From an uncultured delta proteobacterium (lineage in GTDB: Bacteria; Desulfobacterota; Binatia; UBA9968): a stretch of DNA of 64,000 bases. Where the stretch lies: positions 96,001 to 160,000 of the forward strand of contig CAVUZH010000005.1 in assembly GCA_963745835.1 (NCBI GenBank), in the 5' to 3' direction. The notes below the pieces were generated by a model that was given only the letters and a program-made list of their open reading frames with translations, searched no databases and was not told where the DNA came from. Position 1 is the stretch's first letter, and every line of letters begins with the position of its first letter. Position numbers and translations under genes: made by a program. Positions 10,588-20,957 of this stretch are shown piece after piece.

Positions 10588-11021
10588 ATGGATAAGGGCA
10601 CTCTTAAATCGGGCTCACTACGGCGCTCCTGATTGCGCTTCCGGCATGCGCCAGTCACAAGCCTTCACTTCATCCGAACGAACACTTGATGCGGGTCGGA
10701 TCTAGCGTTGCCGAGCGTGACATCGATCTATGCATCCAACAGGCAGAAGTTGCTCGCGAAGGTCAAAAGAATCTTGCGGAAAACGGCGCCGTTAGCACGC
10801 CCGGCAGCGCTGCTATCGGAGCAGTCGCTGGCGGTGCAGGCGGTGCAGTGGTCGGTCAGGCCGGCCAAGGGCGCGGCCATAGGAGCGGCAAGCAGCGCTG
10901 CCGCAAGCCTAATGTATTCTCTTTATGAGGACTTTTCGGACCCAATAAGCCAGCCCCGTCTTACGAGGGACTCGTTGACCGGTGCCTTCGCGAAAACGGC
11001 TACGAGCCGGTGTGGAAGTAG
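10588..11021 (+). pseudogene. Glycine-zipper lipoprotein, multiply frameshifted
   Basis: Pieces across frames: LLIALPAC (lipobox), HPNEHLMRVG..VAERDIDLC, GAVAGGAGGAV / GAAIGAA, and SYEGLVDRCLRENGYEPVWK-stop (TAG 11019-11021). Start approximate. Confidence 0.65.
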
Positions 11022-11155
11022 TGTGGTCCGGGGGTGGATCCCCTAAGGGAGTTCACACCTGGTAAAGTAACCTGATGTCTCGCCGATGATACGAAAGTAC
11101 GCTAAAGTACATCTAAAAAGTGGCTTACAGGAGATGGATATGTCAAGGGCAAAAA

Positions 11156-11401
11156 TGTGGATAAGTCGCGATAGCACTCTTTTTTTGTTGATCAGCAGCT
11201 TGGAAAATACTTGACAATGATAGCCAACTCTCTACAGGGGTATAAAATATCAGATCTCTAGGCAGATTTTCTTAAGATCATGAATTTAAACAACAATTGA
11301 TGTCCAATTTTTGGGCATTTTGCTCAAAGCCCGCTCTGTACCGCGTCTCCCACTCGCTGAACCAAATTATCCACAAAGTTATCCACAGTTTCGGTGGAAA
11401 A
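11156..11401. other. DnaA-box cluster flanking an AT-rich segment
   Basis: TGTGGATAA 11156-11164; TTATCCACA 11367-11375 and 11379-11387; near-match GGTGGAAAA 11393-11401; AT-rich tract with GATC sites between. Confidence 0.6.
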
Positions 11402-11534
11402 TCACGCTGCGTGGGCTGAAGATTACGTCGAAGGGGAGCGTCTGTCGCAACTATGGGATTCGACCGTGCGTCTGAATCAGTGTTCCCTTAGAGTCTCCCC
11501 GAATCGATTGGAGCGTCCAATAAGACGAATCCTT

Positions 11535-12289
11535 TCAATCCTTGCGGTGAGGCGGAGCCGGTGGATTCTCAGGCGGTTCGTAAGTGACGCTTCCTCGTCA
11601 GCCAACACAATATCGTCTGTGCCGCCATAGGGTTCCTGGTTAGGAATCGTGCCGGGCAGGACATCCTGCGTCTCTTCTTCTTTCCAGCGATCCTCACGCT
11701 TCCAAGCCAACCGTTCGATCTCTAAGTGATCAACTATTTCTTGCACTCCGGCTACATCGGTCAGGATGTGGAGTAAGATAGAGTGCTCCGCCTCGCTCGG
11801 GAGCGCGCCTTCGAGATAGACCGCCCCATTGCGAGCGATAAGCTGAAGCTCGTGCATATCGACCTGACCGTCTCCGCTGACGAGCGCCCGTAAGTGATCC
11901 TGCAATTCTTCGTCATCCATCAACTCGAGGTCTGGTGGTAGCGGTCCGCTAGGGGGAGGGTCTCCTTCGGCTGACTCTTCTTCCTGTCCGGCTGCATCCC
12001 GCCTCTTCTTCGGAAGCGCAATTACCGCAGAAAGTGGTCGTTGGATTCGCCTCGAGACGCTCCTCGCCGATCGGTTGGCGACAATGTTGCCGAGTCTGTC
12101 CTGCTGTCGCTCTTTCAATGCTTCCAAGAAACAGGCGCACACTGAGGTTGTTTCAGGGATCACGATTTCGGGCTGCAGATCGCCCGCAAGCTTTTTTGAC
12201 AGCTCTTGCTGTCGCGATAGTTCATCGATTAAAACGCGCCGTTCACGCTGTAATCGATCGGTGACCGATCGCACGAAACGTTCGTCCAT
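11535..12289 (-). pseudogene. Degraded TraR/DksA C4 zinc-finger plus BON-domain protein
   Basis: GGAGG RBS; coiled-coil N-terminus; alternate frame CRQPIGEERLEANPTTTFCGNC; BON segment GAVYLEGALPS...GVQEIVDHL; alternate-frame end VTYEPPENPPAPPHRKD-TGA at 11535-11537. Confidence 0.65.
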
Positions 12290-12948
12290 GATGTCCTCCG
12301 TAGTTGTTGAACGGACAGCGAACCGTGGTGTTTAATCAACCTGCGCGCCCGTTGCTGCGAGGATGATATACTTGAGGATTATCGCAAGCCGCATACTAGG
12401 AACACCCTGCACGGGCGGCGGTGTAGACGTGAACCATCGCGAACATCCATGCGGGCAACATGTCGGTGCGCAAACAAAAAAAATCGAGCAATAGTTCGCC
12501 TCATCGACGGTCACGCTTAGTAAAGTCTAGATCTAAGTTTCGATATCACACGGACATCTCGAGGAGTTGCTTCATCTGAGCCCGCGGGCCTGTAACAAAA
12601 ACCGGACTTGGCTTAATCCCAATTGCTTCAGAGAAGAGATAGAAAGTCACGACCAAGTTCACCTTCATGGAGATGCTCATTCTTGATTTCTTCGCGTTCG
12701 CTGCACCGCGACGCGCGAATCTGCCGGACGCGATGATCAAGCTGAATGCAGGTACGCACTTGCGGCAAAATAAACTGTTCGGGAAAGGACCGGGAGAGTG
12801 CAACGGCTACCGGATTTGAGGTGGCAATCTAAAATGAAGTTAGCGGCCGCAGCTCACCGTCGATTCGAACCTGGACTTTTGCGCCTTGCGAGCTGGATTT
12901 CGAAGAAGCGTAACCGTGATACAGAAAATGAAGGCGAGAGCATCAAAG

Positions 12949-13455
12949 TTAACCTGAGCAAGCCAATGCGAGCACCTGATTGTTTCGCGAGATCAGCTGT
13001 GAGCCAATATCGGTAGCTTGTAACTCGTCAGTTTCGAGGCCGAGATTCTTTGCTTCCAGGTGACACGCGTAGCATACGATCATGTTCAGTAAGATCAAAC
13101 CATCTTCTTGGGTTCTCACCAAATAGGCCTTGTTGTTCAGGAGAATGCCCTCGCAATGATCGCATGTTGAATTTGTCTCGATATCTGCAGAGTGAAGCGG
13201 CTCGGGGCGCTCTCTTGTTTTACCAAGATCTGATCGCTCCTGAGACGCCGCCGCCGAGTTCTTTACATATGGTAATGCGTTCAGCTGCTCTTGCGATCGC
13301 TGGGCTGCATATAGATTGCGGTGAGTTGCCTTGAAGCGGAGAAAACTTTGTTCAACAAGACGACGGGAAATCTCGATGGAGCGTTTTGTCCTTGATTTGA
13401 TGTCACCGAGCCGGGCGAAAAGTTGGTCCCGGTCGATTGCCTTGCTGCGGACCAC
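12949..13455 (-). CDS. Hypothetical protein with CxxC-x27-CxxC putative Zn site
   Basis: AAGGAGG RBS before GTG 13455; CDHC...CYAC motif. Confidence 0.55.
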   Translation of the reverse strand: MVRSKAIDRDQLFARLGDIKSRTKRSIEISRRLVEQSFLRFKATHRNLYAAQRSQEQLNALPYVKNSAAASQERSDLGKTRERPEPLHSADIETNSTCDHCEGILLNNKAYLVRTQEDGLILLNMIVCYACHLEAKNLGLETDELQATDIGSQLISRNNQVLALACSG

Positions 13456-13796
13456 GATGCTTTCCTCCTTATTTAAATAATTCGCCTTTTGCGGAGCAAT
13501 AAACGGACCCAACCGTAAGTTAATGGAATTTATGAGAGTTACAGCGAGAGCGAAGCCGAAGCTGGAAGTTTTAGATGACATAAATGTACAGCCTGGACAA
13601 AAAATGCAGCCTGGCGCAAGCCGGGGGTTGTTAATTTGCTGTTCTAATATCAGCCCGAGATGGAATCCGGGCAACGCATGAGGGTAAGTGGGCGAAGGCG
13701 CGGACCGATTTGTAAGCGGACTGTGAAGAAAGTTGCTTGTCGGTATTTTTAATCGTGTTGAGCTACGATCGCGCAGAGTACTGCTTCATGAGTGTT

Positions 13797-14357
13797 TCAA
13801 TGCTGCAGCAACTCGGTAGAAGCAATTCGCTTATTCGCTCGTTCAAATACTTCTCTGGCATGCTCAATGTCGTAGGGCCGTTCCTCAAATGTGAGCGGGT
13901 CCCATTCGCTGCGCGGCACGGCGAAGAAGTCGCCGCCATAAACATGGATCGCTGCTGTGATCTGATCAAGCGGATTGGTAACTGAATGGATTACCGCCTC
14001 GCCAAGAGGGATAGTTTCCTTGAGACCAAGCGTCTTTCCGCCTTGAACAATGAGACCGCTTTCGCTTCTGCGATAGAAAGCGTTGTCTTCCCGTCCGGAA
14101 TATATTCCAATCACAGCCCACATTCGATGATCATGCGGATAGAGTGACATACCCGGTCCCCACAGTACGTTGAGAATCGTCAAAGTTTCGGCGCAGTAAA
14201 GGGATTGGAGACCCGACAACTTGGGCTCTCCGAGCGATCTCAAAAGCTCCTGTGGTTGACTCACTGCCTGCGCCACGATTTCCCTCACCGCGGCGTGCGG
14301 GTTTTTTTCCCGAAGAGCACTACGACACGTTTCTATGAAGGCTTCGAGTTCGAACAT
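13797..14357 (-). CDS. Cysteine-dioxygenase-like cupin
   Basis: AAGGAG RBS; WGPGMSLYPHDH..WAVIG, IHSVTNP and AIHVYG cupin metal motifs. Confidence 0.85.
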   Translation of the reverse strand: MFELEAFIETCRSALREKNPHAAVREIVAQAVSQPQELLRSLGEPKLSGLQSLYCAETLTILNVLWGPGMSLYPHDHRMWAVIGIYSGREDNAFYRRSESGLIVQGGKTLGLKETIPLGEAVIHSVTNPLDQITAAIHVYGGDFFAVPRSEWDPLTFEERPYDIEHAREVFERANKRIASTELLQH

Positions 14358-14795
14358 GAGGGAATCTCCTTCGAAGGAGATTCGATTCCTATCGGGGGTG
14401 CATTCCCTTTTTAACTCGCCGGCGCGGGAAGTCAAGTTAGTTTTCACTGAGTACATGCTCTACACCATTTCAAATGAGCTGCGCTTTCTGACGTGCAGCC
14501 TCGAGTGCAGCAATCTGGATATCAAACCTTAAGGATGGCGGGGCGTTGATGAACTCGATCCGGATTTATTGAATTCTGAAATTCAGAAAATGCGTACAGT
14601 TCGGTCTGATGTATGAGGATCAAGCACACAAGTCAGTCAGGATAGGTTGACTCGCGTGACTCGTTTCAGTTTTCTGCGGCTCCGATCGTCCCATATGTAG
14701 AACAAGTAGGCGCTCTTCCATAGCTGAGTAGCGTCAGTTGGGCTTCCACCAATAAATTTTTACAGTGAATCAGAAGATCTACGTTTCGATCCTGC

Positions 14796-14811
14796 TGGTA
14801 TGCGCATTGCA
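14796..14811 (+). promoter_or_regulatory. Sigma54 -24/-12 promoter candidate upstream of treZ
   Basis: TGGTAT-GCGCA-TTGCA, GG-N10-GC spacing preserved. Confidence 0.6.
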
Positions 14812-14954
14812 CAAACTGAGAACGCAGAGGCGATTCTGCGTCCCTAGCCTTTGTCGTCCTTCTAATTCCATTCGAACTTTTTGCAGGTCATCGTTAGAGT
14901 TCGATAGATGCGAAACTTCTGAAAGGAAATTTTGTAGGCGACACACGGGAGTCG

Positions 14955-16848
14955 ATGAAAGCGGCAACAATCAGTCCAGGAGTTTACAACCGGCGATTTC
15001 CTGTTGGAGCCGAACCGGCGACGGATGGAGTTTACTTTCGCGTCTGGGCGCCGCAAGCGAAACGAGTCGAGCTCTTGATCGGCGCCGCCGACTCCTTGCA
15101 GCCGGAGGAACTAGAGCCCGAAGCGCAGGGGTACTTTTCCGGTTTTGCGCCCGGGTGCGCTGGAGGCGATCTCTACCGTTTTCGCATAGATGGACGAGAG
15201 CAATTGCTGCCGGATCCAGCGTCCCGATTTCAGCCCGAAGGTCCGTTTGGCCCGTCGATGATCGTAGATGCGTCTCAATTTGAATGGCACGATGCTCAGT
15301 GGAACGGCGTAGGCCTCGCCAATCAGGTTATCTATGAGATGCACATCGGCACTTTTACTCTCGAAGGCACCTGGCAAGCTGCCAGCCGGCAGTTGCGCGA
15401 ATTAAGCATGCTCGGCGTGACCGTGCTCGAGATGATGCCGATCAATGATTTCTGCGGCAGCTTTGGATGGGGCTATGACGGCGTGAATTTTTTCGCACCC
15501 ACACGGCTGTATGGCGCACCCGACGATTTGCGCGGGTTTATCGATGAAGCGCATCGCGCCGGTCTCGCGGTCATCCTGGACGTGGTTTACAATCACGCTG
15601 GCCCAATGGGAAACTTCTTGAAAGATTTCTCGAAAGATTACTTTACCAACCGCTATGAAAACGAATGGGGTGAAGCGATCAACTTCGATGGTTCTAACTC
15701 GGGTCCGGTGCGGGAGTTCTTTCTCACTAATGCGCGTTACTGGATTTCCGAATTTCACTTTGACGGCCTGCGCTTAGATGCCACACAGGCGCTGTTCGAT
15801 GGGTCTGAGAAACACATCCTTGCCGAGCTGGTCGAAACCGCGCGCCAGGCAGCGGCGCCAAGATCAATCATCGTCATCGGCGAAAACGAACCTCAAAACA
15901 GCAAGCTCATGCGTCCTGCTGAGGAGCAGGGTTACGGCCTCGACGGGTTGTGGAACGATGACTTTCATCATACCGCGATGGTGGCTTTGACCGGGCACAA
16001 TGAAGCATATTACGCAGATTACCTCGGTAATCCGCAGGAGTTCATTTCCGCTGCCAAACACGGTTACCTCTATCAGGGACAGTACTACCGCTGGCAAGAG
16101 AAGCGCCGCGGCACCTCAACGATGGGGATCAAGCCCGCGGCTTTTGTCAACTATCTGCAGAATCACGATCAAATTGCTAATAGCGGTCGGGGCTGGCGGC
16201 TCCAACATATGACGGACCCTGCGCTCTACCGGGCAATTACTGCCTTGTTTCTTCTCTGTCCGCAAACGCCGATGCTGTTTCAAGGACAGGAGTTCGCCGC
16301 TTCGACTCCGTTTGCTTATTTCGCCGATCATCAAGGCGAGCTCGGCGAAAAAGTAAAACAAGGCCGGAGGGAATTCTTGCATCAGTTTCCCAGCCTCGCG
16401 ACAGAGGCGATCCAAGCGCAACTTCCCGATCCGACGGATCCGCAGGTTTTTGCCTCGTGCAAGCTCGATTTTTCGGAACGAAGTCGCCATCACGAGACCT
16501 ATGCGTTGCATCAGGATCTTCTTCGTCTGCGCCGCGCGGATGCTGCCTTTAATTCGCAGCAGGCTCGAGCAGTAGACGGAGCCGTGCTCGGCGATCGCGC
16601 GTTGCGTATTGAGATTCTTTGCGCCGGATGGCAAAGATCGCCTGCTGCTGATCAATCTGGGAATCGATACGATGCTCGGGCCGGTTCCGGAGCCGCTACT
16701 CGCCCCTCTCCCTGGCACTACCTGGCAGGTTCTTTGGTCGAGTGAGAACCCGCGCTACGGCGGCACCGGCGCACTGCCGGTGGAAAATGAAAGCGGCTGG
16801 TTGATAATTGGCAAGAGCGCCGTTGTCCTCGCGGATTGTTCTGAATGA
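14955..16848 (+). CDS. treZ: Malto-oligosyltrehalose trehalohydrolase (GH13); single frameshift near 16603
   Basis: FRVWAP, PDPASRFQPEG, YEMHIGTFT, WGYDG, DVVYNH, GLRLDATQ, WNDDFHH, QNHDQ; C-terminus continues in ORF 16609-16848 (LRFF...RLLLINLG). Confidence 0.92.
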
Positions 16849-18875
16849 ATCCTCTTCTTGTGCGCACGCTCACCGATATCCCGAAGATAAAGCTCGATCC
16901 ACCGGAGCTTACTCATCACCCGGAATGGCTCGTGACCAATGGCCTTGGCGGTTATGCCTCGGGAACGGTATCCGGGGCGATGACGCGCCGCTATCATGGT
17001 CTGTTGATCGCGGCGTTTCCGGCGCCCTTGGGAAGAATGATCCTGTTAAACGATCTCGATGAAGAGGTTCACCTTCCCAATAATCGCGTTGTCCATCTAA
17101 GTACCCGCTATGGTGATTCCGCCGAGCCCACTGCAGAGTTGCTTGAGTTCCGCCTCGAAATGGGTCTGCCGGTTTGGCGTTATCAGATAGATAATAATTG
17201 GATACTCGAAAAGTGGCTTCATCTGCCCTATCGGCAGAACACGGTTTTTATCACCTACAAAACGCTTGATTGCTCCGATGACATCCGGCTCAAGCTGCGG
17301 CCGTTGATCCAGTTTCGCGGTCACAGCGATGATGTCGACGCGCAACCCAAAGATCCCTATGTGCTGAGTGTGTTGGAAGATCAATATCAGATCTCGACGG
17401 GAAACCTGCCGCCCCTGCGTCTGCTGATCTACGCTAAAAGCGAGTTCGTCATCGAAAGAAAAAAAATTGAAAAGGTACGCTACCTGCGCGAAGAACAGCG
17501 CGGCTATCATGTGATCGGCGATCTTTGGACTCCCGGCACCTTTGTTCTCGATGTAGTCGCCAGCGAAGAGAGTACCCTGGTGGCTTCGACGGAGTCGTGG
17601 GAAGTCATGCGCGCCATGCGACCCGCCGATGCGCTGGCAGCTGAACGTGATCGCCGCGCGCGCCTGATTGCATTAGCCGATAGCAGAGCTCAGTCAGGAT
17701 TCGCCGCCGAGTTAGTGCTGGCCGCGGATCAATTCATTACCGTACCGACGGGCCGCCTCGCCGATCAGACTCGTACCCAGGCTGCGGGCGACGAAATGCG
17801 CACAGTTATCGCCGGTTATCATTGGTTCACCGACTGGGGACGCGACACCATGATCAGTCTGGAGGGCCTGACGCTTGTCACCCGGCGTTTTCTCGAAGCC
17901 GGGTGGATATTGCGCAATTTCGCCAAGAGCATCCGACACGGATTGATTCCCAATCTATTTCCGGAGGGAAGCCGCGAGGGACTCTACCATACGGCGGATG
18001 CCACTCTATGGTTCTTTCATGCGATTGAGCGCTATGTTCAAGCCACCGGCGACCGCTGGACTCTTAGGTTCCTCCTCCCCAAACTGATCGAGATCTTCGA
18101 GGCGCACATCCGTGGAACTTTGTTCGGCATCAGCGTCGATCCCGACGACGCGCTGTTGCGCCAGGGCGAAGAAGGATACCAACTGACGTGGATGGACGCT
18201 AAAGTTGGCGATTGGGTTGTCACTCCGCGCCGCGGCAAGGCCGTTGAAATCGATGCACTCTGGTACAACGCCCTGCGCCTTCTGCAAAAATGGGTCGCGG
18301 AAGAAAACGATCAGAAGAAGGCGCGCGACATAGGCGCTTGGGCCGACAAAGCTAAAGACTCGTTCAACAAAAAATTTTGGTGCGCGGCGGAGGGTTATCT
18401 TTACGACGTCATCGATAGCCCTCAAGGCGACGATGCCGCCTGCCGGCCGAATCAATTGCTGGCCATCTCCCTGGATCATCCAATTCTCGAGTCAGGTCGC
18501 TGGGAGCCGGTCCTGAGAACGGTCCAACAGCGTCTTCTGACTCCATTCGGATTGCGCTCGCTTGCCGCAAACCATCCGGATTACAAGTCAAGATATTTTG
18601 GCGACATTCGCGCGCGCGATGCCGCTTATCATCAAGGGACCGTTTGGGCCTGGTTGATCGGCCCGTTAATCGATGCGTGGCTCAAAGTTTATCCCGAAGA
18701 TCGCACCGGCGCGCACGAGCTTTTACGTGGACTTATTCCGCACATGAATGAGCACGGTATCGGTTCGATCAGCGAGGTCTTCGATGCGGAACAACCGTGG
18801 ACTCCCCACGGCTGTATAGCCCAGGCGTGGAGCGTTGCCGAGGTGTTGCGCTGCTGGGTCAAGACGGCGCCGTGA
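16845..18875 (+). CDS. Glycogen debranching enzyme (amylo-alpha-1,6-glucosidase)
   Basis: EWLVTNGLGGYASGT, TRRYHGLL, IAGYHWFTDWGRDTMI, TWMDAK, YHQGTVWAW, QAWSVAE; ATGA overlap with treZ. Confidence 0.93.
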   Translation: MNPLLVRTLTDIPKIKLDPPELTHHPEWLVTNGLGGYASGTVSGAMTRRYHGLLIAAFPAPLGRMILLNDLDEEVHLPNNRVVHLSTRYGDSAEPTAELLEFRLEMGLPVWRYQIDNNWILEKWLHLPYRQNTVFITYKTLDCSDDIRLKLRPLIQFRGHSDDVDAQPKDPYVLSVLEDQYQISTGNLPPLRLLIYAKSEFVIERKKIEKVRYLREEQRGYHVIGDLWTPGTFVLDVVASEESTLVASTESWEVMRAMRPADALAAERDRRARLIALADSRAQSGFAAELVLAADQFITVPTGRLADQTRTQAAGDEMRTVIAGYHWFTDWGRDTMISLEGLTLVTRRFLEAGWILRNFAKSIRHGLIPNLFPEGSREGLYHTADATLWFFHAIERYVQATGDRWTLRFLLPKLIEIFEAHIRGTLFGISVDPDDALLRQGEEGYQLTWMDAKVGDWVVTPRRGKAVEIDALWYNALRLLQKWVAEENDQKKARDIGAWADKAKDSFNKKFWCAAEGYLYDVIDSPQGDDAACRPNQLLAISLDHPILESGRWEPVLRTVQQRLLTPFGLRSLAANHPDYKSRYFGDIRARDAAYHQGTVWAWLIGPLIDAWLKVYPEDRTGAHELLRGLIPHMNEHGIGSISEVFDAEQPWTPHGCIAQAWSVAEVLRCWVKTAP

Positions 18876-18963
18876 TCAAATAGCCGAAGCCCAGGGTGAC
18901 TTCCAGCCTTGCCGTACATTAGCTAAAATTTTGGCCCGTAGTTGACCGTAGCTACCTCTCTAT

Positions 18964-19011
18964 ATACCGGAATACCGGATACCGGATAACACCGGAATAC
19001 CGGATACCCGG
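18964..19011 (+). repeat. Short tandem repeat (ATACCGG/AATACCGG, ~6 units)
   Basis: ataccgg aataccgg ataccgg ataacaccgg aataccgg atacccgg. Confidence 0.8.
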
Positions 19012-19169
19012 CCGCGCGATCCATTCAGCTTTCCGCTTTCCGAATTACTAATCTCCTTTGCTGTCCCGGTTAAGGGGGGATTCATTCACCGCTTGTCCCA
19101 AAATTAGAATGTAGACAGCCCAAGTGTCGGCATTTGTAGTGAATATCGCATGAATAAACTTCCGTTTTT

Positions 19170-19185
19170 TGGCATATGCTTTGCG
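19170..19185 (+). promoter_or_regulatory. Sigma54 -24/-12 promoter candidate upstream of CBS-ku-ligD run
   Basis: TGGCAT-ATGCT-TTGCG, 34 nt before ATG 19220 with AGGAGG RBS between. Confidence 0.72.
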
Positions 19186-19219
19186 GCCCTGAGTCAGAAA
19201 GAAAAGGAGGTGTTCTACC

Positions 19220-19651
19220 ATGCAGATCAGAGACATCATGACGAGAGAGGTCGAAGTCGTACCAGGTGATGCTCCGGTGCGCGAAGCCGCCGCCAAGATG
19301 AAACAGCTCGACGTCGGAGCAATACCCGTCTGCGACGGGCAGAAGTTAACCGGTGTGCTAACCGATCGTGATATCGCGGTGCGTCTGGCTGCGGAAGGAC
19401 GCAACCCGTCAGAAACTCGGGTCTCCGAAATCATGACCCGGGATCTCTATTATTGTTTTGAGGATCAGGACGTCGAAGAAGCGGCTACGGTAATGGAAGC
19501 AGGCCAGATACGGCGCCTGCCGATACTCGATCAAGATCGGCAACTGGTGGGTATAGTTTCTCTCGGTGATATTTCGGTTCGGTCGGATGAAAAAACGGCG
19601 GCGGCCGAGGCTCTCGAAGGAATCTCAGAGCCGGCGGCGCCGAGACGATGA
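19220..19651 (+). CDS. CBS-domain (Bateman) protein
   Basis: IRDIMT, VGAIPV, GVLTDRDI, IRRLPI, GIVSLGDI; strong RBS. Confidence 0.92.
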   Translation: MQIRDIMTREVEVVPGDAPVREAAAKMKQLDVGAIPVCDGQKLTGVLTDRDIAVRLAAEGRNPSETRVSEIMTRDLYYCFEDQDVEEAATVMEAGQIRRLPILDQDRQLVGIVSLGDISVRSDEKTAAAEALEGISEPAAPRR

Positions 19652-19884
19652 ATGGCACCCGATTCCGCCTCGCCGTGACACTCCCTCAGCAATCATTTGA
19701 TGAACTCATCAAGTCGAGAAGGAATGCCTATGACTATCGATCGGCTCAAGCGTGACAAAAAGCGCGGTGCGGGGCGAGTCCGCACGTCGGGTGACCGGAC
19801 GCGCGGCGAAACTGTGAAAATAAAGCCTAAGGACGAACACGCCTGCAGAACTAAAAACATCAAACCGCGGCGGGTGTAATAGCA

Positions 19885-20784
19885 ATGGCTCGTTCAAACA
19901 AAACAATCGCTCACAAGAAAAAGACGAAGGCTGCCGCAAACAAGTCCGCCGGACGAGCGCTGTGGAAAGGGTCGATCAATTTCGGCCTGGTGAATATACC
20001 GGTAGCGCTTTATCCCGCGGAAACATCAAAATCGCTGGACTTAGATATGCTTGATCGGCGCGATTTCTCGCCGATCAAGTATCAACGCATTAACAAAAAG
20101 ACCGGCAAGGAAGTTGCCTGGGATCAAATCGTCAAAGGTTACCAGTATCAAAAGGGCGAATACGTCACTCTTAGTGATGAGGAATTGCGCAGCGCCAATG
20201 TCGAGGCAACTCAATCTGTAGATATTCTCGATTTCGTCGCAGGCGATGAGATCAGCCCGGTATATTTCGATAGGCCGTACTACTTGGAACCGCTGAAAAA
20301 CGGGCGGCGCGCCTATATGCTTCTGCGTGAGGTGTTACTCAAATCCAACAAAGTCGCCATCGCCAGAGTGGTCATTCGCACCCGTGAGCATCTCGCGGCG
20401 GTGATTCCGCAGGCCCACGTGCTGATTCTCAACCTGCTCCGCTTTCAACATGAACTGCGCGATAGCAAAGGGCTGGATATTCCCGTGTCGGACAGCAAAG
20501 GTCGGGCAATCAGCGCCAACGAATTGCAGATGGCTGAGCGGTTGATCGAGGCTATGTCGGGCCCGTGGAATCCGGCAAAGTATCGCGACGAGTACCGCGA
20601 AGATGTGGAGAATCTGATTGAAAAGAAAATCAAAAGCGGCCGGCCGCGCGCGGTCTCAACCGACAGTAAAGGTCCGGCGCGCAAAACCGGAGGCAAGGTG
20701 GTCGATATCATGAGTTTGCTCCAGCGCAGCGTGGCTCAGACCCAGAAAAAGGACGATGCTCCACGGCGGCGAAAGGCGAGCTGA
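19885..20784 (+). CDS. ku: Non-homologous end-joining protein Ku
   Basis: RALWKGSINFGLVNIPV, IVKGYQY, YFDRPYYL, YRDEYR, VVDIMSLLQRS and basic tail. Confidence 0.96.
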   Translation: MARSNKTIAHKKKTKAAANKSAGRALWKGSINFGLVNIPVALYPAETSKSLDLDMLDRRDFSPIKYQRINKKTGKEVAWDQIVKGYQYQKGEYVTLSDEELRSANVEATQSVDILDFVAGDEISPVYFDRPYYLEPLKNGRRAYMLLREVLLKSNKVAIARVVIRTREHLAAVIPQAHVLILNLLRFQHELRDSKGLDIPVSDSKGRAISANELQMAERLIEAMSGPWNPAKYRDEYREDVENLIEKKIKSGRPRAVSTDSKGPARKTGGKVVDIMSLLQRSVAQTQKKDDAPRRRKAS

Positions 20785-20957
20785 AGGAGTCCCAGAAATT
20801 CACTAATGAACCGAAAGCGAAAACCGACACCGGTTTACACGGACATCAACTTTCGTTTCATTGTCAAACTGATCTGAAGCTTCTTGAGTAACACGTAAGC
20901 GCATAGATCAAGAGCATTGCGGCTCATCTGTTACGGCGCGACTTGCTCTTCTGAATC

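Noticed and set aside
11211-11248. TTGACA...TATAAA as a sigma70 promoter
   Set aside because: Spacer is 24 nt and there is no convincing downstream gene.
19697-19879. Small basic ORF just upstream of ku
   Set aside because: No recognisable motif and only a weak RBS; cannot distinguish from a chance ORF.
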